A DNA stretch of 24,795 bases from Tubiluchus corallicola (GCA_030141605.1 JAQGDQ010001808.1:1-24795), one strand, 5' to 3'. Positions 9,200 through 19,642 are shown, numbered from the stretch's first letter. Notes: generated from the sequence alone by a model not told the origin. Translations and numbers: made by a program.

Positions 9200-9944
9200 A
9201 ATGTCCTCGCTTAACGACGCCCCGCTTAGCGATGTTTCATTTTAATGACGCTGAACATTTGACACCTTTTTCTCACTTAACGGTGCAAGGCTTCGTTTTA
9301 ACGAGAATTTTTTTACTTTGCTCCAAGCCAATTTTTACTTGAAATCAACAACTGTTTCAGCTAATTTGAAGCATTAAAGCAGCACATATTGCATTATTCT
9401 GTTCTAGAAATGCTCTAGCAATGTAAACAGTCCAATTATTACGTTTTTGCTTCTCGACTGACCACTAAATGCTAGTCGTTTGGCTTTTTGTATCAAGCGG
9501 GATCCGGGAACAAACTTTAGGCAAGGATTTTGCCTGCGACCTGTTGCTATAGCAACCAGACTACGTGGTAAATGATACAGTGCTCTGGTATGATAAAATT
9601 TTCAATGTCGCCTCATGCAGCACTTGGCTTTGACTCTGCAGTGCTTATTGTTTAATGGCTGCCTAGGCTTAAACCTTAATGAAAGAGAAACTGCAAACTA
9701 GGTACATATTGGTACGAAAGATTGGTGATTTCAAGCAAGCAGAAAAAAAATAATTAGTAGGAATCATAAAGAAACTCGTAAAATGTTTAATTTATATGAT
9801 TTAAGCAGGATTGGTATTGCCTCTGGAACGTAATTCAATTCTTTTACATTTCTTTCTATGAAAGTTTTAGTTTCCTTTAACAGCGTTTCACTTAACGTCG
9901 CATTCGGTTGGAACGCATTAGTGTTGTTAAGTGAGGAGTTGCTG
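9200..9944 (-). mobile_element. Unexpanded inverted copy of the Tigger/pogo-like MITE
   Basis: Reverse complement of 1156-~1880 along its length (4 mismatches over ~120 nt at 9569-9690). Right end GTTAAGTGAGGAGTTGCTG|TA; left TIR eroded; only one 65-bp-like unit. Confidence 0.88.
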
Positions 9945-10107
9945 TATACCTCCCAGTCAAAAATCATAAAGAAGGAATCAGTAAATAAACATGAAAGAGA
10001 TATTATTATTTATGTAACGCTCGATATGTTTTTATGGAACGTTTTTATCAAATGCTTCACTCTCTGGGTCAAGCGCGTCTTAAACTTATCGAGTAATTGT
10101 CAAATTA

Positions 10108-10369
10108 GAAAGAGAAACCGCTAGATAGGTACGTAGTGGTACGAAAGATCGGCGATTTTAATCAAGCAGAAAGAAATTAACTAGAAGAAACCATAAACAA
10201 ACTCATCAAACATTTAATTTATATGATTTAAGCAGCATTGCTTTTTGCCTTTGGGCCGTATCTCAATTCTTTTACATTACTTTCTATGGAAGTTTTGGTT
10301 TTGTTTAAAGACGTTTCACTTAACGTTGCATTTTGCTGCAACGCATTAGCGACGTTAAGCGAGGACTTA
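10108..10369 (-). mobile_element. Partial third copy of the same MITE
   Basis: Reverse complement of ~1157-1417, ending in TIR-like GTTAAGCGAGGACTTA. Confidence 0.85.
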
Positions 10370-10633
10370 ATTAATACACGTGAAGGAGTTAATATGTTTC
10401 ACAACTTTGCAACTTGCAGTATTTGCCAGCATCAGTCTTGTACATCAATGACCAAATCACCGAAACTCCTTCAAGACCACGCCAAACAGGTCTTGTAAGA
10501 ACTAAGACTTTTCCGTTGCTGTACGAGCACAGATATAACTAAATGGTTACAAATTAGGTGCTTCTATTTGGGAGAATCTCGGGTAGCCAATCGTGCTATT
10601 TGTATTAACATTCGTAAGTGATTTAATTGGACA

Positions 10634-10985
10634 AAATTAAGAAAAACACGCCCTCTTCAGGCACTCCATCTTAACCCATAGAGTAGCTTAGTACACATGC
10701 GTGATCCGTACACGCTATTTTATTGATCGCCTGTTTGCTACAGCCCAAGCTGTGCATTGTTCTGCTGCTATTCCAGGAAAAACCAACCAATCAGCCAAAG
10801 ATAAATTAAGAAAAACACGCCCTCTTCAGGCACTCCAACTTAGCCTATTGAGTAGCTTAGCCTGGTGTACACTTGCGTGATCGTACACACAATTTTATTG
10901 ATCGCCTGGTTGCTACAGTCCAAGCTGTGCAGTGTTCTGCTGCTATTCCAGGAAAAATCAATTAATCAGCGAAGGAGAAATTAAG
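10634..10985. repeat. Tandem duplication of about 170 bp
   Basis: AAATTAAGAAAAACACGCCCTCTTCAGGCACTCCA at 10634 and 10803; AAATTAAG again at 10978. Confidence 0.88.
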
Positions 10986-11117
10986 GTCGTTTCATCTTTC
11001 AACAAGAATTTCTCCTTAAGAATAGAGTAAACTTGAGTCCAAAGTGTATTAGAGTGTTGTGTCTGGACAGTTGAAATTTTTTGCATTAGCCGATTTCACA
11101 CAAATGATACTGTACAT

Positions 11118-11626
11118 CAGGGGTGTGCAAATTGCGGCCCGCGGGCCACTTGCGGCCCGCCGAGAGAATTTGTGCGGCCCGCGAAGAGATTTGTCAACCT
11201 AACGAAAGTGTGGCCCGGGCGATTAATTGAGTCTATTGAGTGTATCCAGCTGAAGTCCGTGCCACGATCCCAAAGATAGTGCGGGTAGTTTTTTCTACTA
11301 GATCGGATGCCATTAACCCTTACAAGACGGTTGTAGCTTAATATCACTGTACTACACAGACTGTGTGATACACATTACTAATATGCATTGTAATGAAATT
11401 ACCACTATCTGTCCTGAAAGTAGAAATATATGGTTTGTAATATAAATTTTAATAACTTCTAAAATAGTTTCTTGAGTGTAGTAGTAATGATGTACGCAGG
11501 TCGGATGCAAAAAAATTGTCATTAGGCCTTTCTGTACTTGGCTCCTTGATCTAACTGCATGTGGCCCGCAGGAATTGCGGGAAAGTTTGATGTGGCCCGG
11601 CTAGTCAGATAATTTGCACACCCCTG
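11118..11626. mobile_element. hAT (Charlie-like) MITE
   Basis: Perfect 16-bp TIR CAGGGGTGTGCAAATT; perfect 8-bp TSD CTGTACAT (11110-11117, 11627-11634); subterminal GGCCC repeats. Confidence 0.95.
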
Positions 11627-11932
11627 CTGTACATTGTTACAGTGCGGACCCCGCAGTTGCCGTTTTTTTATTTTTTTATGCAAAAACTGTATTTTTAATT
11701 TCTTTAAGGTAAGGTATGTATAATTTTGCATGAAAATCCATTTTGTGAAGACCAGAAACCTATAAAAAAATGTCCAATATAACGCAATCGCTGCTTAGTG
11801 AGAGCAGTTTTTCGTGAACTAATGTAAACTGAAGGAGTTAGAAGTTTGACAGACACAACGAGCGAAAACAAAGGATCGGTATTAAGAATATCTCAACTGT
11901 GACGTACCAGATGACCGGAAAAAAAATCTCAC

Positions 11933-12077
11933 CTCCCACTCATTAGCAATGTCTGGCCCAAGTTTTCTGTGCATGTTCAACAAATGATTCGATATCACTT
12001 GTACGTTCTCGATGCATCCGCGCGATAGTTCCACTAAACACTCATAGGCGGCGACTCTGCTCTCCGTGCCACTGCAC
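11933..12077 (-). CDS. USP24: USP24-like exon
   Basis: cttcag|(K)CSGTESRVAAYECLVEL...MHRKLGPDIANEWE|gtgaga; 145 nt, phase 2/0. SRxAAYExLV resembles USP24 more than USP9X. Confidence 0.93.
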
Positions 12078-12398
12078 CTGAAGTAATCGTCGTTATTACA
12101 GTGAAAATGTCGCAAACAATTAGTAATATTTGTGTTAGCACGGCTTTCAATTTTTGAAACCAGTTGAATTTGGTCGAATAACAAAAAACTGGACGACTCC
12201 AAGCATTTGTTTGTTGGTGAATAATTTTTCTACCAAAATTTCTAGTATTTTAACTAAAATAATGTGGACAAATTACAATAATATTGGAAAATCACAATTA
12301 CACCGTGAAACTGCGTGAATTTTTCTATGCTGATATCAACGCTACAATAATGGGAAACAGTTTACAATTCCCCACACAATTTAAATACAATTTAAATG

Positions 12399-13549
12399 CC
12401 TAACCCTAACTCTATCACTAACTCTGACCCTAACCCTAACTTTAACTGTAACCCTAAGTTAACCCTAACTCTAACCACAGCCCTAACCCTAACTCTAGTC
12501 CAAACTCTAACCCTAACCCTAACACTATTCCTAACTCTAACCACAGCCATAACCCTAACTCTATCCCTAACACTAACCCTAACCCTAACTCTATTCCTAA
12601 CTCTAACCCTAACCCTATCCCTAACTCTAACCAGAGCCTTAACCCTAACTCTAGTCCAAACTCTAGCCCTAACCCTAACACTATTCCTAACTCTAACCAC
12701 AGCCCTAACCCTAACTCTAGTCCAAACTCTACCCCTAACCCCAACACTATTCCTAACTCTAACCACAGCCCTAACCCTAACTCTAGTCCAAACTCTAACC
12801 TTAACCCCAACACTATTCCTAACTCTAACCACAGCCATAACCCTAACTCTATCCCTAACACTAACCCTAACCCTAACTCTAACCACAACCCTAACCCTAA
12901 CTCTAGTCCAAACCCTAACCCTAACACTATTCCTAACTCTAACCATAGCCATAACCCTAACTCTATCCCTAACACTAACCCTAACAATAACTCTAACCCT
13001 AACCCAATCCCAAACTCTAACCACAGCCCTAACCCTAACTCTAGTCCAAACTCTAACCTTAACCCTAACACTATTTCTAACTCTAACCACAGCCATAACC
13101 TTAACTCTATCCCTAACACTAACCCTAACAATAACTCTAACCCTAACCCTATCCCAAACTCTAACCACAGCCATAACCCTAACTCTATTCCTAACACTAA
13201 CCTTAACCCTAATCCTATCCCTAACTCTAGTCCAAACTCTAACCCTAACCCGAACTCTATTCCTAACTGTAACACTAACCCTAACCCGAACTCTATTCCT
13301 AACTCTAACTCTAACCCTAAGGCTAACTCTCTTACTCTAACCACAGCCCTAAATTTAACCCTATTTGTTACTCTAACCACAGTCCTAACCCTAACTCTAT
13401 CCCTAACACTAACCCTAACTCTATCCCTCCTCTAACCCTAACCCTAACCCTAGCCCTAGCCCTAACTCTATCCCTTACTCGAACCACAGCCCTAACAATA
13501 ACTCTATACCTAAGGCTAACCCTAAAACTAATCCTAACTCTAATCCTAT
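12399..13549. repeat. Degenerate telomere-like (CCCTAA)n tract with higher-order structure
   Basis: Hexamer variants CCCTAA, CTCTAA, CCACAG, CTCTAG, TCCAAA, CACTAT in register. The marker CTCTAGTCCAAA recurs at 66-bp spacing (12649, 12715, 12781). Confidence 0.95.
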
Positions 13550-13610
13550 AAACTCCATCATAATAAAAAAATAACAATAAACAAAAAGAAAAAGTAAAAG
13601 ATGTACTTAC

Positions 13611-13716
13611 TTTGGACTCATGCAAAGTGAATGCTTTGGCTGCGTTATGGCACTGTCGATAAACTTGCTCGCAGAAAAGAGGAAATCATTCAACACATCG
13701 CTAAGCAAAGACTTTG
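13611..13716 (-). CDS. USP24: USP24-like exon (absent from ORF track)
   Basis: tttacag|(A)KSLLSDVLNDFLFSASKFIDSAITQPKHSLCMSP(K)|gtaagt; 106 nt, phase 1/2. Confidence 0.9.
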
Positions 13717-13833
13717 CTGTAAAAAATGTTACGCTATTAATAACAACAAACTTTAAAGAGTTGACATTTTTACAAAGCAGCTATATAGAAAACCTAATAA
13801 CCTATATAACACAGAATTGTCAAAACTAATAAT

Positions 13834-14180
13834 GACATTTTATCTTTTAGGAGTCGGATAAATGTTCTAAATGGCTACTACAATAATGTGTAATAATGAG
13901 GCACTGGCCGGAAAAATGTGTAAAAGTATAGCGAACGCGGGTAAGGACATTTTATCCATTTAGGGGTCAGATAAATTTTCAAAATGGCAACTAAACTAAA
14001 TGAGGCACTGGCCGGAAAAATGTGTAAAAGTATAGCAATCATTGATAAGGACATGTCATCCATTTAGGGGTCGGATAAATGTTCAAAATGGCTACTAAAG
14101 TAATGTGTATTAATGAGGCACAGGCTGGAAAAATGTGTAAACGCATAGCGAACTCGGGTAAGGACATTTCATCCATTTAG
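13834..14180. repeat. Tandem repeat of 104-113 bp, about 3 copies
   Basis: GACAT...TTTAG starts at 13834, 13946, 14050, 14163; shared AATGAGGCAC...GGAAAAATGTGTAAA. Confidence 0.88.
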
Positions 14181-14286
14181 AATAAATGACAGAATAAATG
14201 ATGGATAAAAGAATGTTAATTTAAGACAACAAGGTTTACTGTTGTTTACCATCCTAATGTTTACCAACAAAGTTCAAAACACTGAC

Positions 14287-14472
14287 CTATCTCTTTCTTG
14301 CTGATTCCCTCGCACGTCAGCAGAGATTTGATTAAACAGAAATGTCCGGCCAGCAGGATGTTGTCGATCGCCGAAATCTGCGCATTCTCTGACGCAGAAA
14401 AATTAGCCAACCACGTTTGCTCGTCCACCAACATGGCCGTGATGTCTACTTGAAGCGCCTGTTGCTCCACCC
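14287..14472 (-). CDS. USP24: USP24-like exon
   Basis: ttgccaag|(R)VEQQALQVDITAMLVDEQTWLANF...DNILLAGHFCLIKSLLT...KKEI|gtcagt; 186 nt, phase 1/1; uses an AAG acceptor. DNILLAGH is USP24-like. Confidence 0.9.
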
Positions 14473-14897
14473 CTTGGCAAAAAAGAAAGTACTTGGCAAA
14501 ATAAGGATTTAAACTCCGTCAATAAAAATGTTCAATAAATGCGTTTTTATGCGAAACCAAACAGAAATCATCTTTGCAAAACGGACTACTATCAAAACTG
14601 AAAAAATACGAAATAAATAAAATACTTTGTTTCGCTTGTTTGCTTATATTTCATCTGATACAAGCTTGATGAAGTGACTAGGTAAACATATCTCAATCGA
14701 AAAAGTAAAACAGTGTGTATGATTAAAGACCATGAAGCTTAAAAAATTGACAAATTTTATTTTGTAAATATTCTGCTGCCTATATTTCATAAATTATAAA
14801 ATTAAACTTGGTTTTATTCAAGTTATGCTTTGATATTTCGGTTGTTTGTGCCTGGAGACCTTAAAGCTGCACAGTCGTCAAAACTGAAGATGTGCCA

Positions 14898-15262
14898 AAA
14901 GCGCAACTATTGGCAAACCGAAAGCGCAACTATTGGCAAACCGAAAGCGCAACCATTGGCAAACCGAAAGCGCAAGCATTGGCAAACCGAAAGTGCAACT
15001 GTTGGCAAACCGAAAGTGCAACTGTTGGCAAACCGAAAGCGCAACTGTTGGCAAACCGAAAGTGCAACTATTGGCAAACCGAAAGCGCAACTATTGGCAA
15101 ACCGAAAGCGCAACTATTGGCAAACCGAAAGCGCAACTATTGGCAAACCGAAAGTGCAACTATTGGCAAACCGAAAGTGCAACTATTGGCAAACCGAAAG
15201 CGCAACTATTGGCAAACCGAAAGCACAACTATTGGCAAACCGAAAGCGCAACTATTGGCAAA
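14898..15262. repeat. 23-bp minisatellite, about 16 copies
   Basis: Unit AAAGCGCAACTATTGGCAAACCG; period 23 (14921, 14944...). Confidence 0.97.
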
Positions 15263-15419
15263 AAGAAACGAAAATTTCATTTCCTGTAACGTTTCTGGTG
15301 ACAGGACTGACTACTTTTGCCAAATTCTTGCAAAAGTCTAAAAATTATAATTAACGAGCGAAAAGAATCAGACGATCATTAGTAGTTTAAGATATACTCA
15401 CTTGCAGATGGAAACTTAC

Positions 15420-15546
15420 TTGTAAGATTTTCTAGCAGTCTGGCTCTGAGTTCAAAGTACTGGGTGCATTGAAGTAACAATTTCTGACTGTACCCACGAG
15501 CTACACTAGATGACACCCACAGTGGTAATCTAGCTTTCAGCAACAC
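15420..15546 (-). CDS. USP24: USP24-like exon (absent from ORF track)
   Basis: atttag|VLLKARLPLWVSSSVARGYSQKLLLQCTQYFELRARLLENLT|gtaagt; 127 nt, phase 0/1; an alternative donor lies 18 nt further on. Confidence 0.92.
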
Positions 15547-15677
15547 CTAAATAATAGATTAAACAATAAGATTAAGAAGATCAAGATCAAACAAGATCAA
15601 ACAAAAAGAACAATTAAACAATAGATCAAATAAAGCATAAACAATATAAGTGTATGCTTGCATAGTAAAATTGCGCA

Positions 15678-16280
15678 TAAGTCGGCAATTAAACTTTTAC
15701 GGTTATTCACATGTCCTGAATCTCCATTTCATGAGGATCGTTTTGATACCAAGTTCATCACTCTATGTTATTTCTAAGTTGAGATAATCCACGTTGAAGT
15801 TGAGGCTACGCACTGAAAAACGTGACCCTGAGAAAAACGCTGTTAAAGTCAGCCATTATTTTTTGTCGCATCTCTGCAAAACACTTAGCAACCGTGCAAA
15901 CCTTGGTTGCTACGGACTTTGCGAAAGCAAATTGTTGTTATATTTAAATCCAGTAGATGGCTCTTTCTGACGAATATCTGGGGTTGGAAATAGAAAATAT
16001 CCGAAGAAAAGTGACTGCTTTCACGAGCTACCATCGGAGTTTGAAAACAGGAGTTTTTTTATAATTGTAGTACTAGTTTCTAGACAGAAAAGTGGGTAAT
16101 GAGTTATAAAATTAAATTTTTAGTGCTTTCCGAACACTTTCTTGATAATTTGATGCTAGAATACAAAAGCCCATATCTTTAGCATTGGTTATTATAAAAT
16201 ACGAAGAATTGACATTTGATCAAATTTTTTGGTCATACTACTTTGAGGCATCATAATGTAGTTTCAACTACGCCGACTTA
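15678..16280. mobile_element. Unclassified TIR-bounded element (putative MITE)
   Basis: TAAGTCGGCAATTAAACT at the left and AGTTTCAACTACGCCGACTTA at the right (9-bp perfect inverted termini); no clear TSD. Confidence 0.45.
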
Positions 16281-16463
16281 GCGAAGGTTTTGGTATCCAA
16301 ATACACAAATAATGATTGATACGTACACTAATCAAAAAAACTTAAAAAACAGACAGGTAAATAAATACAAAAATGCAAAAAGTTCATCGTAACGAGAAAC
16401 CAAAATTACCACAACACCCCAACGCGACACCAGACACATGCAAACGAGTTTATATCTGCTCAC

Positions 16464-16639
16464 CTGTAGTATGAAATGATGAGGGCTGGTCTGACCGCGC
16501 AGACCCTCTTCCAAGGCCAAACGAGTGTTAGAGAAGCGAAGAAACTGCCTCAGCGCTTGGACACGGATCTCCTCCAATGAGCAACCGATCAATAAATCAA
16601 TAATGAAATCGCTCACGCACGACATGTTGTAAAACGAAC
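16464..16639 (-). CDS. USP24: USP24-like exon
   Basis: atttag|(S)SFYNMSCVSDFIIDLLIGCSLEEIR...SPHHFILQ|gtgagc; 176 nt, phase 1/0. Confidence 0.93.
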
Positions 16640-16915
16640 CTAAATAATTAGACATAATCTGCATCAGAAGTGTGAACAGAATCTGAAAAACCACATAAAT
16701 GTGAACTAGTATTAGTAGAATTGATGTTTTCATGTGACAACTAGATAAAGTTGAGATATTTCCAGATTTAAAAAGACATTTGACGAAAAAACTCAAATTA
16801 CAATGCTTTACTTAGGGATATTCAACAATTTTGAAAAAAATTTAAATCGTGCACAAAATTTATGATACGTTTGGTATAGCTTTATCACCAAACAATGATG
16901 GAGAGATGTAATTAA

Positions 16916-17499
16916 AGGAAAACCGGACTCAATCTTAAACTATAACTCAAAACGATCTGCTCTACAAGATATTTAAAGGGAACTTACTGTTTTTTAATAA
17001 TGACTTATGTGAAAGAATTATTACTACAGACATTAATTTCGCGGCTAGTTCTTCGCTGTAACATGCATTCCGCCATTCGCTAGTTAGAAGAGCACTAGCA
17101 CGTAAGAAACGTGTTGCTCAACAAACATGTGCTGTACCTCTTAGTTCAGAAATGTTCACTTGTGATGTAGTGCACATGTTCGAGAGCTCATGCATGAAAT
17201 TTGAATTTTAAACCTGAAATTTGCCATCTTGAATATCACACCGATGTTGTATATTAACACTGTATTGCAGTGCAACACACTCACGGAATGTTTTCACTGT
17301 GGAAAATCATGTTCATTTGTGATGTCACCACTAGTGGGGCTCGCCCACCACTAAATAAGTTTTAATTTTTTTATAATAAGTTTTAATTTTTTTATAATAT
17401 TTTTTTAATTATCGGAAACAGTTTGGCATCATGTCAAAATGTATACTTTTTACCGTATTCCAAAATGGGATGCGACATGAAAAATCATCCTCTTTTCCT
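16916..17499. mobile_element. Kolobok-like MITE
   Basis: TTAA on both flanks (16912-16915, 17500-17503). Termini AGGAAAACCGGA vs AGGAAAAGAGGA (10/12). Same first 9 nt as the element at 5253. Confidence 0.55.
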
Positions 17500-17878
17500 T
17501 TAAAGTATTTTAAAGCAAAAAAGCCTAAAAAACGTTTCACAGTTCGACCCGGTCTACCACATCAAAATTCTTATCTAAAAATTACTGAACTGTACAAAAG
17601 CTGCTTTGATAACTTTGGCAAATTTAACGTTGACTCTATCAACTTTGCAAAATTTACGAAAAATGGCAACATTCTGAAAGGAGAAAGGTTTGCAATGGTT
17701 TAAGGGTTAAGCACTCTCTGCTAATTTAGCAAATGCCTACTTGAGGGCAGTTGTGTTGCATTTAAGTTGGAAAATTACGCACCCATATAAAATTGGTAAA
17801 GATAGAATTCAAAAGTTAATTCAGATCACAAAATCGTCCCGAATTTGTAAAAAAAAACTCAAGTGAAATAAGAATTAC

Positions 17879-18037
17879 TTAGTAGCTGACATCTTAGTTC
17901 CAAACACGTCACAAGTAATTCCAGGGCATCTTGAGCTATGAGTGAATCCTTGTTGCTGATTGGCTGCTGCTGTTGCACGCATATCCCACCGTGCAATGCC
18001 TGCGGTTCGCCAGAATCACTGCTGGAACTCGTACTAC
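17879..18037 (-). CDS. USP24: USP24-like exon
   Basis: ttcacag|(S)STSSSSDSGEPQALHGGICVQQQ...KDSLIAQDALELLVTCLELRCQLL|gtaatt; 159 nt, phase 1/1. Confidence 0.93.
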
Positions 18038-18216
18038 CTGTGAACAGGAAGTAAAAAATAAGTGCGAGTAAAAATGTGAGCACAAGATGGCAGCACTAGA
18101 TAGCAATTTTGAAAAAGTGGTGAGAGTCGTCTAACAATTACGCCAAAACGGAATAGCATTTATGTGGTCTATTGTTGTAGCACGAATTGTGTTTTATGTC
18201 AAATTTCGTATTAATA

Positions 18217-18797
18217 CAGGTAGTTATCGACTTACGAACTATGCAACTTACGACTGTTCAACTTTACGACCCGACTAAAGCTTATTTAACTAATTATGCA
18301 AAATAACTGACATTTTCTTCTACTTTTTTAAACAAGTTCATTTTAAATCGCTATCCATTTCGATAAATTCATCGTAGGCACAGCCACACTTAGCACGTTT
18401 AGACCAGACGGTTTAGTCTAGTGGTAATGCGTCTGCTTTCCGTCTGAGAGGTCATGAGTTTGAATCAGCATACCAAAGACTTTGAAAATGGTACCTGCTG
18501 TAGCAATGCCTGATGCGTGGTATTTAGGATAAAAGTGGGGTAATAATAGTCTCTGTTATGTAGTGTAGGTTGTTATTTACAGTCGGTGATAATAGCTCTT
18601 TGAGCTAATGTTAATTGTTGACCCAAAAGCCGACTTCAAATAAAGATTATTATTATTATATAGCACTAATACACACACAATGTTTTGCATGTGGAGGAGT
18701 ACACCACCTTAATGAACTGGTCCGACTTGCGTAAAGTTCGTCTTACGATCAATGCGTGCGCCGGAACCAGTTGCGGTCTTAAGTGGACGCTTATTGA
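18217..18797 (+). mobile_element. Old Tigger-like MITE interrupted by a SINE
   Basis: TA|CAGGTAGTTATCGACTTACGA with repeated ACTTACGA. The degenerate counterpart GTCTTAAGTGGACGCTTATTG lies near 18777-18797. Confidence 0.45.
18402..18658 (+). mobile_element. tRNA-headed SINE with Meta-like central domain and (ATT)n tail
   Basis: A box TAGTCTAGTGG and B-like box GAGTTTGAATC, then CATACCAAAGACTTTGAAAATGGTACC (recalled as the Meta/MESC SINE domain), then AATAAAG(ATT)4. Confidence 0.7.
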
Positions 18798-18802
18798 TGA
18801 CA

Positions 18803-18881
18803 GTGTGTGCGCGCACGTGTGTGTGGTGTGTGTGTGTGTGTGTGTGCATGTGTGTGAGTGCATGCATGTGTGCGCACGTGT
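18803..18881. repeat. Imperfect (GT)n microsatellite
   Basis: Direct inspection. Confidence 0.9.
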
Positions 18882-19457
18882 AGAAATAAAACTAATATTT
18901 AATATTAGTGATCAATAACGAACAACTACATTTGTTTATTTACAAGATTCTGTTTTACTAACACACCACAAGAAGTTATTGTCAAATCGGCAAAGTCAAT
19001 GTGGCCCAGTTAAAAAGCAGCAACGTAGTGAAAGAATTTGAGCCCCTATATTTTGCCAAAGAAGTTAAATGTTCTCAAACAACTACTGTTTAGAATTTTG
19101 ATACAATCAACAACAAGACAAGTTATTCACCAAACTTTTGATGCTTTGGGTTAAATAGTAATATACTGGAATGCCGTCCGCTCATAGTGGAGGCAGGACG
19201 GATGGCACCGCGGCCCACACAGTGTGGCATGTCTTAATTATGTCATCCAACGCCTCACCCATAAACAAAGATTGAATAATATAGTCACTCGAAATGACAA
19301 TATATTATTGAATATTACACTTTTAATAAGGAACGACCAGCTTACCTACAGGAACAGAGTTTGCAAGAAAAGCCTGAGAAATGTGAACAGAGCTGCACAT
19401 GCTACGAAAGACACAACCACTGACAGGGGTCTACAGCAGACCTTCCCTTTTTATAAG

Positions 19458-19549
19458 CTCAGGTGTGCATGTGACTAGCGGCTTTTACTAACACAAGGTC
19501 AGAATACGAGTCTGTGCTAGATAAAGCCACGTTCACATGCACACCTGAG
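19458..19549 (-). other. 92-nt intronic stem-loop (candidate structured RNA element)
   Basis: Perfect 17-bp outer stem CTCAGGTGTGCATGTGA; the inner stems pair best on the minus strand through G-U wobbles. Confidence 0.6.
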
Positions 19550-19642
19550 AAGTCTACTGTATTCCACTGCCAGCATTACATTTCATTTCATCACAGCCCT
19601 GTCGTACAATATCTTAAATAAATAAATTGCAACAAAGCTTAC

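Noticed and set aside
12399-13549. True telomere or chromosome-fusion site
   Set aside because: The tract is highly degenerate, in a single orientation, and flanked on both sides by consecutive exons of one gene.
12392-13625. Long ORFs (VR-, GL-, LT-rich) as genes
   Set aside because: They are an automatic result of an in-register hexamer repeat inside an intron.
14830-15354. Repeat-protein ORFs (KPKAQLLANRKRNYWQTESATIG)
   Set aside because: They are translations of the 23-bp minisatellite, with the same peptide appearing in all three frames.
17640-17710. piggyBac-like end AAGGG|TTAA
   Set aside because: No matching left terminus was found, so the evidence is too thin.
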